Shown here piece after piece: positions 14,194 through 25,600 of a DNA stretch of 64,000 bases. The translations under genes were made by a program, and so were the position numbers. Under the pieces are notes generated by a model that saw only the letters and a list, made by a program, of their open reading frames with translations, made no database searches and was not told where the DNA came from. The DNA lies in assembly GCF_009914755.1 (NCBI RefSeq), contig NC_060930.1; one strand, written 5' to 3'. Each line of letters starts with the position of its first letter. Position 1 is the first letter of the stretch. This stretch comes from the human T2T-CHM13v2.0 reference genome, Homo sapiens.

Positions 14194-15478
14194 TGAAGAA
14201 TTTCAAAAAGTTCATGGAAAATACATATTATGGAAAAACTATACATGGATTTCAATTTTTTCTTATATCAAAATAAACTTGTACTAATTTGTAACATGTC
14301 TGAACAGGATCTATTTTGAGGCACAAAAAAGGATAAGAAATCAGTTTGAAAAGAGCCCTTATCAGAGCAATGTCAATTCTGCTAAAATTAAAGCAAGAAC
14401 ATCAAATTTATGGGGAAGTTTGGGTGGGAAAATCAGGAAATCATTGCTGCTTTACAAAATGTTAGTGGGGGCAATGCCCCAAAGAAATTGGCAGTTTACA
14501 AATGAATAATTTATTTTAAGAAAAGATGAGATGATGTTGAAGATGAAGCCCACTATAGAAGACAAACTACATCAATTTGCAAGGAAAAAAAAAATCTTGT
14601 TTGTGCCCTAATTGAAGAGTACTGATGATTAACAGTACAAACCATAGCCAACGCCACAGACATTCCAACTGGTTCAGCTTACACAATTCTGACTGCAAAA
14701 TTAAAGTTGAGCAAACTTTCCACTCTATAGGTGCCAAAATCATTGCACTCAGATGAGCTGCAGACAAGAGCAGAGCTTTCAGTGGAAATTTTACACAAGT
14801 GAGATCAAGGTCTTAAAGCTTTTCTTTGAAGGATTGTGATAGGAGATGAAACATAGCTTTACTGGTATGATCCTGAAGACAAAGCACAATCAAAGTAATG
14901 GCTACCAAGAAGGGGATGTGGTGCAGTCAAAGAAAAGCCAAGCAGTCAAGAGCTAAGGTCATGGCAACAGTTTTTTGGGATGCTTAAGTCTTTTTGCTTG
15001 TTAACTTTCTGAAAGGCCAAAGAATGATAACATCTACTTATTATGAGAGTGTTTGGGGAAAGCTAGCCAAAGGTTTAGCAGAAAAATGTCCAGGAAAGCT
15101 ATACCAGACTCCCTCTCCACCATGACAATGCTTCTGCTCATTCTTCTCATCAAACAAGGGCAATTTTGCCAGAGTTTCAGTGGAATGTCACTAGGCATCC
15201 ACCTTACTGTCCTGATTTGGCTCATTTGGACTTTTGTTTCCTAATCTTAAAAAAATCTGTCAGAGCACCCATTTTTCTTCAGTTAATAATGTTAAAAAGA
15301 TGGCACTGATGTGGTGAAATTCCCAAGACCCTGTTCTTTAGGGATGGAATAAATGTCTGGTATCATTGCTTACAAAAGTGTCTTGACCCTGATGGAGCTT
15401 ACTCTGAGAAATAAAATTTATATTTTTTATTTGTAGCTTTTAACTCAATGTTTCCATGAATATTTTGAAGCCCCCTCA
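14194..15478 (+). mobile_element. HSMAR2 mariner DNA transposon, near full length, transposase inactivated
   Basis: TIRs (ttcaaaaagttcatggaaa / tttccatgaatattttgaag) flanked by TA; ~1.29 kb. Remnant motifs IVIGDET, YDPE, HHDNA and HPPY-PDLA, with stops and frameshifts. Confidence 0.92.
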
Positions 15479-15771
15479 TATATATATTTATATATATAAA
15501 TACATATATAAATATATATAAACATATATAAATATATATAAATATATGTAAATATATAAATATATGTAAATATATATAAATATATGTAAATATATATAAA
15601 TATATATAAATATATATAAATATATAAATATATATAAATATATATAAGTATATATATGTAAATATATAAAAATATATATATAAATATATATAAATATATA
15701 TATAAATATAAATATATATAAATATATATAAATATAAATATATATATAAATATATAAATATATATATATAA
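15479..15771. repeat. Near-pure AT low-complexity repeat ((TA)n / TATATAAA units)
   Basis: Direct read; starts exactly at the right TA of HSMAR2. Confidence 0.95.
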
Positions 15772-16036
15772 CTTCTCAAGCATGCTTAATAATCCTACTT
15801 ACTCATGTCACAAAACAGGCTAGTTAACAACTAGAACATATCTAGAAGAATAATACTAAACAAAAACCAAAATTATATAGCTTTATATCAAAGTTTTCCA
15901 TAGTCAATGAAAGAAATATTCTGGAATATTTAAATACACTTGGTTTTGGAGGACAAGGCAATAAAAAGATTGAATAAAATTAGATATTTTACATAGATAC
16001 ACAAGATGTTTATATTTTGACACATTATATATTTTC

Positions 16037-16147
16037 TTGTAAGTTCCATGAGAAAAAGGACTTTGTTTCTGTTCTCTGCTATATCCCCTGTGCCTAGAAG
16101 TTCACATAGTAGATGCTCAATAAATAATTCTTGAATGATGAATGAAT
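16037..16147 (+). mobile_element. L2 3' end
   Basis: tgtaagttccatgag...gtgcctagaa...gctcaataaata..tgaatgatgaatgaat. Confidence 0.7.
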
Positions 16148-17563
16148 TTCAGCATGTATTTCAATAAGCTTTGAAACACCTACATTCATGACTAAAAGTT
16201 AACCATAAATTTAGATCTGGAATATTTGAATGTCCCCCCTTTTAATTTAGGCAGAATAATAAAATGCTATGGCAAAGCATATGCATCATTCTCTGCTGCT
16301 TAGAGTTGCTTTTCCCCTTACCCATATTATCTGCCTCTCCTAGCAGAAAGCAAAATTTCAAACATCTATAACAATTATTTCTTTGAGAAGACTGTAGAGC
16401 ATTGTTTCAAAGAGGGTTTTCTTAAGCCTGTAGGCAAACCTAAAAAGGTAAATGACTCAATCAAGCTGGCACTTCAACAGTGTCTACCACTGCTTCAAGG
16501 CCAGCCTGTTCAAATACTTCCCTGAAATCACATGCTAAAGTCATTGTATTTAAACTTTTTTTCTATAAACTCATATGAAACAATTACTCCTATTGTATTA
16601 GGCTCTACAGTCAGTGCGGAGGTAAAATTAAAAGCTCCTCTAATACTTCTAAAGTAGTAGAGTGTCTTTTAGTTTAAATGACTGATATATGCTGATATGC
16701 CAAGACTAGAGTAATTTTGTTCAGATTTGTTTAATTTTTAATAGAAGCATTAAGTTAATTATTTAACTTCTTAAGGGCTTGTTATATAAAAATATGCCTT
16801 ATTTAAATATTCTCTTTAACAAGAAGGCTTATTTCATATTAATTTTAAATAAATCAGCAATGGACTCAAATTTCAGGTAAGTTACATTCTAGATTAGATG
16901 TTTAATAGACCTTTGATTTAAACGATTTACATGAAAGAGTTTTTCTGGTTAAGGCTGAACTTATGAGTTCGTTCTGTAGATTTTTCTTAAAATTAACTTC
17001 TTGCATCCCATCCCTTACCTCTACATTTTCCTTCCTCTCCCGTCCTCCAACAACAATTCTATTTTTTCCTGAAATGTGTAACTATATTCTAGCTTTAAAG
17101 AGCAGACCTTATTGTTTGCCATTACAATTCCTAAAGCATGGGGCTCCAAGGTGCCTTTGATCCCTGATAAAATAGCAAGTCCAAGGACACTAGAATTTTT
17201 GCTTCAAGAAAAGCAGACTTCAGTGTGGAATGCTCTCAGGTTAAAGGAGAAATGTTTAGCTTAACGTATAGGTAATGTGTTGCTTTTACAGATCAGACTG
17301 CAGCAACCCACAAAATGTAGCCTCATACAAGTTAACCAGAACTTTTGTCACTTGGGTATTTGGTAATCTTTTTTTTCTTTTTAAACTAAGTGAAACAGTT
17401 CAAATATAACTGATATTATAGATTATCTTACATTTCTTTGGATGACTTAGTCAATTCACCTTTTTTCCTTTTACAGTTGACCTCAGAAACAAACACGGGA
17501 TAGGATCAATTCTAAGACATAGAAATATTCAAAATCCATTTCTCTTTAGTTGACTTCCAAGGC

Positions 17564-17635
17564 AGAAAGAGTAAACAGCCTTCTCCCAGCTTTCTTACTT
17601 TCCACAGCTGAGAGTGTAGGATGTTTACAGTATCT
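17564..17635 (-). ncRNA. MIR30C2: pre-miR-30c-2 (miR-30c-5p 17607-17629; miR-30c-2-3p 17568-17589)
   Basis: Reverse complement contains UGUAAACAUCCUACACUCUCAGC and CUGGGAGAAGGCUGUUUACUCU in a hairpin. Basal UG 17643-17642, apical UGUG 17606-17603, CNNC (CAAC) 17552-17549. Confidence 0.99.
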
Positions 17636-18529
17636 GTCGCTCAGTGCTCTCTAGGATGGGGTTGGCAGTCAGCAGCACAAGCCTCAGGAAACCCAGTACC
17701 ATTTGAAGATACCATAATATGTCACAGGAAAAGATCAGAAAAGTATACTTGGGACTAAATTATGGCTCTTTTAGGAGTAGGGTTGGAAGGGTGGGTGGGG
17801 AGGCTATATGACACTTACTTAGTGCTGCCTGCTCAGTTCTTGTTTTCTTCCTGTTTTGCACATCCTAAGATATTCCTAAGGTCTCTAGCTTTGAGCTTGC
17901 ACACTCACGGATTTGGTTAATTTTGGATTTTCAATATTCTATGCTTTCCCAAAAGGGTTTCAAAATATTCGCCAATCTCCTTCCTTAAACAGTACATAAT
18001 CCCTTTCTGACTGTTGGGAGACATGAAATGCAGCTTCTCACTCTCTGGGCTATACAACTTTGTTTCAGCTCACTCCTGCACAGAACTGAGAATAATGGCT
18101 AAACAGAAGACCAACAGTTTAATTACTGAAAATTAGTTACCTTAATGATGGGATACACAGTAATAAATTTAATCAAATGAGCAAAAAGTAAATATGTTAG
18201 AATACAACTTTACATGCATAAAAATGGTATATTGCAAATTGTTAATATAATGCTAAAATTATTTTAAAAATTCATATTCGGACAGAAGTGAACCTACAAT
18301 TAGAGGCATACACATGAATGGAGTCAGTTGCTTCCTAAAGTTATTTTCTAAGAATGACTTATTCAAATAGTTCTTGGACTTCATTTGCTAAACTGGTCTA
18401 AGGTACACAAAATACTTGGGCGAAGAAGAAAGTCATCATTACTATACATCTCAGAACAAACCTACCTGATAAGAGACTACACTGTAAACCCAGGTGGCAT
18501 ATAATTCCAAACTGTTACAGGATCTTACT

Positions 18530-19270
18530 CATTTCATTCATTCATTCATTCATTCATTCAACAAACAATTGTGACTGCCTGCCATATATCAGCAATGTTT
18601 TAAATTCTAGGTGATGAGAAATGAAGGGTATCATCCCTACCTTCGAGAAGGACACAGCTTAATTTGCAAGACAGACACATACACCATTACTATAAGTGTT
18701 ATGATGGGTCAAAAGACACTTCTGAGTTGGCTAATAGCCAGGCTGAGTCTTGAAGCCTGAATAAAATTAGCTAGGTGAAGATGGTGCTAATGGGAATTTG
18801 GAAGGGGTGGGCAGTGAAGAAGATAGTGTAGCTTAAAGTGTACCAGAAAGAACAGTCATCCGATAGAGAAAGAAAGACAAAGGTAATGTATGCTGAGGCC
18901 TTTAAGAATTCAGCAGAGGTGGAGTCAAAGATGCATGTGGGTGAAGGGTAAGGGGAGAGACACAAGGGAAAGATGGGAGTCCTTATGTGCCAGGTTAAAG
19001 GGTTTGGGCATTATCTCCAAACGATGGGTACGAGTGAAAGATAGTAAGCAGGCAAGTGGGATGACCATGTCAGTACTTTAGAGAATTTACTCTAGCTTTA
19101 AGGTGGCAGGTAAGGAAAACAGGAAAAGAATCACTGCAGTAGTGTAAGGGAGAGCATGGGAGCCTTAATTAGGGAAGAGGCAGTAAGAACACAGAGAAAA
19201 TGAATATGAGAAATTATAAAGACAAGAAGAACAGCAGAATTCAGTGAGTGAGTAGCTGAGGGGAGAGGCA
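18530..19270 (-). mobile_element. L2 fragment with (TTCA)7 tail
   Basis: (TTCA)n at 18533-18560 followed by a purine-rich antisense L2 body. Confidence 0.65.
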
Positions 19271-19529
19271 CTGTGGAGATGGAGAAGTCATGGGTAATTC
19301 ACAAGCCTGGCTTGGGCTTCATAAGGCCTTTCATGCAGGAGGGAAAGAATAGGAAGAGAAGTGGAGAAGGAAAGAGCCCTAAGAATGATAACTTGAATGG
19401 GCTGGGCTGCAAAGTTATGACCCCATGCTCATTGAATACTGAATTCTGTCACAACTGAAAGGGTGAAAACACTTGAAGAACTAAATCACACAAACCTGTT
19501 CTTTATTCTGTTTCTGCACTTCTGCTTAC

Positions 19530-19906
19530 TCTTCTACCTGGCAAGTGCCCATACAGTCTTCAAATCCCAAATCAAGTATTCTCTCTTGTGAATCCTCTCT
19601 GGTCAGCGTCATCCCTAACACCCACACCCCTCCCCCAACCTGAGGAGGAATTGTTCATTTTTCCTTTTACCACCATTATACTGTGCCTAGGTCACATAAT
19701 TGCATATGCCTAGATCACAGAACTGATACTTTATTACAATTATTTGTTTACCTATCCATCTCTCTACTAGGGAAGAAACACCATGTTTCGTTTAACTTAA
19801 CTTCATTTCATCAGAAGAAATTCACAACATGTATCCAGGGTTTGTCTGGTACTAAAGGAGGTTCTCAGTGAAGGTTTGATGAATGAATGAATGAATGAAT
19901 GAATGA
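19530..19906 (+). mobile_element. L2 3' fragment with (TGAA)n tail
   Basis: L2 3' wording ending in (TGAA)6-7 at 19880-19906. Confidence 0.65.
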
Positions 19907-20810
19907 TGCCATCTACCACCTGACAATGGGTTAACAATGTTAAGATGATTATTCAGGTTTTAAAAATCTCTAAATAAAAAATATTTACCAGTTTCTAAAA
20001 CTTTGTTTTTATTCCCCCAAAATTCAAGGTTAGGCTGTTTTACTTTTCTAAGGAACTCATAGCTAAGAAGAGAAAGCAATCTCTCCTTAAATGATGGCAT
20101 TAACTCCTGGAAAGTTAACCTTTTATGAAGGCAGCCTTATTTTAAAATTTTATTTTCATGATGGATTTCAAGTGAAGAAAAACCAGGATACACAGTAAAT
20201 GCAGAGAAGAAATCTATGTAAACAGTTTAAAAATAGACAAGAATGAAAGAAAATGGTCATAAAATGTGGGTATCAATACTGAATAATTATGTAAGAGCTT
20301 AAAATGTTCTACATGGAAAGAACCACACCTTATTAAATAGTCACTAAAATAATTTTAGCTACATGAAATGATTTTAACTTCTTAAAGTCAAGTCTGAAAA
20401 GTTCCTTTTGTAACGTGAAAGCCACTCTCTTTTGCTTCAGTAGGGCTTCTGATGTAATAGGCATTTTAGTCACATAAAACTAACCTCCAATAAACTAGCC
20501 TTTGGTCATTTTTAGTTCTGAATGAAAATACATTTATTTCAAATGTAGATTATATTTGATCAAATCTGTCACATTCTGTATCAAAAAACCTTATCCATTG
20601 ATTTAAAAATATTCTGCAGTATTACACATCAACTTTCAGGATACACAGTGGCTTTTCCCAACTCCCAATGTTCATTTTTTAAATTAAAATGTAGCAACTT
20701 TACAGTATGTAAAGTTTTTAATTTAAAAACTTACATTTTTAAAATTAAAATGTAGCAGCTTTACAGCCATGAATGATTCACTGGAGAAAAAACACTGTTC
20801 CCAGATTTAA

Positions 20811-21175
<365 letters not shown>

Positions 21176-22225
21176 AAGGCTTTACTAATTCTTAAAGTCA
21201 GGCTCCAGGTCTCCTACATTGGTGGATTTTAGAGATGGAAGGAAAATTCCCTGGTGAGGATGCTTCTTTGCATCATATTCTTTGGGCATATCTCCACAAG
21301 CGACTTTGCCACCTGCTCCCTTCCCTTGCCTAGTCTAACATTTGCCATTTCATCTTCCATTCAGCTTTCACCTTGCCTAGTATATGGGATGGATATTTAA
21401 TGGAAAATTATCATTCCCTAGTTGAAAGCAAGATCCAAATCTCCCATATGTGACAAACACATCCTTAAGGAATACATGGAAATTTCCAAGGAAAAACTAT
21501 GAGAAAATCATAATGAAAATGTAACAGTACACACCCTATTTTAAGCCTCCTTCACTTACAGTAACTTATAAAGGTTCTTATACTAGTTTGCTTTTATTTA
21601 CCCTGGATCCTAAAGGAAAATTACAGCATAGAATAACTCACTACAGTTAAAATATATGGAAAATCAACAGTAATGTGACTTTACAGTAGATAAAAGAACA
21701 CAATATGTTCATAAAATTTATGGAGATTTAGCCAACTCAAAGATTCCATGGTTTTATGAAAATACCCTTTGCTCTGAGAAAGTCCACTTCCTCTTTAATT
21801 AACCTTCTCATGTTCATCCCAAGGGAAAAGCTCTCTCCACTCTGACCTCAAAGTGTGGTATTTTGAATCTGTGCTTGATGAGATTCTGTCTCAAATTATT
21901 ACTGTAGCTTAAATTAACCTGTTTAAATTTAAAATGTAGTAAATTCTATAGTGGAGGGAATAGCTGGAATTCCATGTCCTCTTTCTATTGAATGGTGTGG
22001 GCAGAATCAAAGTTAGGAGACCAGTCAGTCTGATATAACCTATTCAATCATGGTTTCCTTAAAAATTCTTTGGGCTCTTGATTCCTGTATTTTTTTTTTT
22101 CTTTTTCACACTTACTGTTTCATTACATTGGTGTGGTCAGAAGAAAAAAAGACAACCTTGTTCTGATGAATTTATATATATATATATATGGAAAATATAT
22201 ATGAAATATATATGAAAATAGATAT

Positions 22226-22505
22226 GAATTTCATATATATATGAAATAGATATGAATTTCATATATATATGAAATAGATATGAATTTCATATATATATGA
22301 AATAGATATGAATTTCATATATATATGAAATAGATATGAATTTCATATATATATGAAATAGATATGAATTTCATATATATATGAAATAGATATGAATTTC
22401 ATATATATATGAAATAGATATGAATTTCATATATATATGAAATAGATATGAATTTCATATATTTATGAAATAGATATGAATTTCATATATATATGAAATA
22501 GATAT
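22226..22505. repeat. Minisatellite block A: 10 x 28 bp GAATTTCATATATATATGAAATAGATAT
   Basis: GAATTTC recurs every 28 bp from 22226 to 22478; one unit carries an A>T variant near 22463. Confidence 0.97.
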
Positions 22506-22790
22506 GAAAATATATATGACATTCATATATATGAAAATATATATGACATTCATATATATGAAAATATATATGACATTCATATATATGAAAATATATATGA
22601 CATTCATATATATGAAAATATATATGACATTCATATATATGAAAATATATATGACATTCATATATATGAAAATATATATGACATTCATATATATGAAAAT
22701 ATATATGACATTCATATATATGAAAATATATATGACATTCATATATATGAAAATATATGACATTCATATATATGAAAATATATGAATATA
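22506..22790. repeat. Minisatellite block B: ~10 x 27 bp GAAAATATATATGACATTCATATATAT
   Basis: 27-bp periodicity from 22506; last full unit is 25 bp. Confidence 0.97.
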
Positions 22791-23880
22791 TATTCAAAAT
22801 ATATATGTGAATATATATATTTTTCAGCTGCCTATCAATATTAGTTTCCTTTTAAGTGTGCAAATTTCCAAAAAAATTAACATTATGGGAACTTTTTTAA
22901 CAATATGAGTTTACAGTTGGATTTCCAATGAAAGTGATTTAAAAAAAAAAAACCAAGATTTTCTTATAGACAATTTTTGGAGTCCTTTCCCCAGTATATT
23001 CTATGAGCAAGGTTACAAGCTAAAGAACATTCTGATATTTTGGGCTATAATAAATAATTGTGGGTCTTATGTTTAAAAGTTAGCTAATTTTAGTTTACAG
23101 TGATGGTGATGGGATCTGTGACACTGTGACAAAACAGAAGATATTCTAGCCAGTGTCGCTGAATTGAAATATTCATTTAAAAACTTAATCTGCACATGCT
23201 AATAATTGCTTTTTAATTTAATCTGGAAAACGGTAGTCCTGCCAATATTTTAATTAAATCTAGAATATTTACTACAGGCATATTGGAATGTCTTTGGAAA
23301 TAACTGTTACTGCTATAGAATACCAAATTATTATAATAATACTTAGTGGTATGAGTTCAGATTTTGATGAGGCATTATTGTTCCAATGAAGAGGTTTTAC
23401 CAGTATAAAAGTTACTTTGACCAAATACTATTATGTATCAAACACACAGGTAAGCGACCACCCATCTCTGTATTTAACACAGTATATGTGCACGCGTGTG
23501 TGACAGGGAGGGATATCTGGAAACGATAGTGTGAGTTACCACTGGAGAAAAGAGGAGGGGATGGGACTAGAACTTGGGTATCAAAGATGATTTCAACCTT
23601 ATTGGCAATATTTTAAAAGGAGAATGTACTCATGTAACATGTATACAAATTTGAAAATTACATCTGGTCATTTAAATTTAAATTCTTTCTTGAGCCAAAT
23701 TAGAGATAGGGTTCACTTGAAATTCTAGCTTCCCTAGACAGTTGATTAACTTTGTGACCTTGAGTACTCTTAGAACCCTCTCTGAGCCTCAGCTTTTATA
23801 AAATGATAAAACACTATGGTATCTTACAGGGTATAAAGGTACATTCTCAGTAAGTATACATTCTCAGACGTACTTTATAC

Positions 23881-24227
23881 CACCGGTCCCCAGCCTTTTT
23901 GGCAGCAGGGACCAGTTTCATGGAAAACAATTTTTTCATGGATGCGGGGGCGTAGTGGGGGTATGGTTTCAGGATGAAACTATTCCACCTCAGATCATCA
24001 AGCATTAGTTACATTCTCTTAAGGAGCGGGCAACCTAGATCCCTCACATGTGCAGTTCACAATAGGGTTGGCACTCCTATGAGAATGTAATGCCACCACT
24101 GATCTGACAGGAGGCGGAGCTCAGGCTGTGATGCTCATTTCCTACCACTCACCTCCTGCTGGGCAGTCCAGTTCCTAACAGGCCCTGGACCAGTCCAGTT
24201 CCGTGGCCCAGGGGCTGGGGACCCCTG
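23881..24227. mobile_element. MER1B (hAT-Charlie non-autonomous element)
   Basis: TIRs CACCGGTCCCCAGCC / GGCTGGGGACCCCTG; 8-bp TSD CTTTATAC / CTTTATCC; 347 bp. Confidence 0.9.
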
Positions 24228-24553
24228 CTTTATCCCGTACTGTTGGTATGAATCTTTCCAATTTTACCATGTAACAATGTCTTTCTTCTTCCAGCCTAAC
24301 TTCATTTTTTTTTTCCCTGTATTTAGTGCACAGATCTTTTTTTCAAGCCAAAGGTGGAAATGTAAGGGACATTGGCTGCTTTCTCCATCAGGGCTTCTGG
24401 CCCATGTCTCTCTGTTATAGAAAGTGATGTGCAACCAGGATGGGAGAGGCCTCTTGTCATCCTAGTTGATAAAATGATTCCTTACAAAAAATGGTCTAGA
24501 AAAAAAAAAGAGTAACAAATTTAAAAAGAATTTTTTTAAAACCTCAAACCGTA

Positions 24554-24568
24554 CCACCAGGTGTCACT
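24554..24568 (+). promoter_or_regulatory. Candidate CTCF site
   Basis: CCACCAGGTGTCACT, one mismatch to CCASYAGRKGGCRSY; motif only. Confidence 0.35.
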
Positions 24569-25149
24569 ATAACCCAAAGCACTGCTGGTAATTTTTCCAT
24601 TCAATTGTAAAGAAATGCAAAAACTCCACATTTTAAGTAAATGAGTACTGTCTTACAAGGCTTTCCCTGTCAGTAACTTACGTTGCCATACAGTTACTAA
24701 ACTGAATATTCTAAACAGATGAGAAAAGGCACAAGCCTTATTTTTTTTAAAAAATTGTAAATAGTGATTAATGAATGCTAAATGATTTACAATGCAGTAA
24801 GATATTTATGGGTCAGGAATTTCGTATTTTCAGTTTGGCCTTTTGGTGGGAAAACCTGAAGGTCCATATGATTATGGTGATCTGTCATTTAACTGAAACA
24901 GATTCGTCCAGGGAACAAGTGAGTCCAGCTGACTGCCTGACATTTTTCTTGTTCTATACTCTATACTCGGTTCACCTCTTAAAGATATAAAAAATAACAA
25001 TTGAAAATTCTAACTAGTAAAATTATAATAATAGATTACAAAATTCATTTTAGAGATAATTTATTTTAATAACTACCCAGATATTTTAACATCCTTTTCA
25101 TACTGTTCTTAGTTTCTTAAAGACAAACTTGTAGCACTGCATTTTGTGT

Positions 25150-25600
25150 TTTAAAAAATATAGATGTAATGTATATGGCAACTATAGCACCAAAGGATAG
25201 ACGGGAGGTAAGCAGAACTTTAGTGTTGCAAGATTTATATACGTAAAACCAAGGTTAATTCGCAAATAGTTTTCATTGTGATAAATTAAATACACATATT
25301 ATAGTCCCTATAGTAATCATTATAAGAAGAATGCAAAGAAATGTAGCTTTAAAAAGACAACAGAATTAAAATGGTAAAATAAACATTTAACGTAAAAGAA
25401 ATCAGGAAAAGAAGGACTGAGGAACAAGCAATATATGAGAAAAATAGAAAACAAACAGTAAAGTGGCAGAACTAAATTCAACTAGATCACTAATTACAGT
25501 AAATGTAAGTGGACTAAACACTCTAATGAAAAGTCCTGTTGGGGCCAAGCTGTATATAAAAGCTAGACACAACTATATGCTATCCATAAGAGGTACACCA
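25150..25600 (+). mobile_element. Old L1M fragment covering the ORF2 start
   Basis: 25463 frame reads ..SLITVNVSGLNTLMK, resembling the L1 endonuclease N-terminus (ILTLNVNGLNSPIK). Confidence 0.65.

Noticed and set aside
14370-15420. Active mariner transposase
   Set aside because: Multiple stops and frameshifts; no long ORF in the track.
22226-22790. CRISPR-like array (27-28 bp palindromic repeats)
   Set aside because: Units are head-to-tail with no unique spacers, there are no cas genes, and the context is primate DNA. It is a minisatellite.
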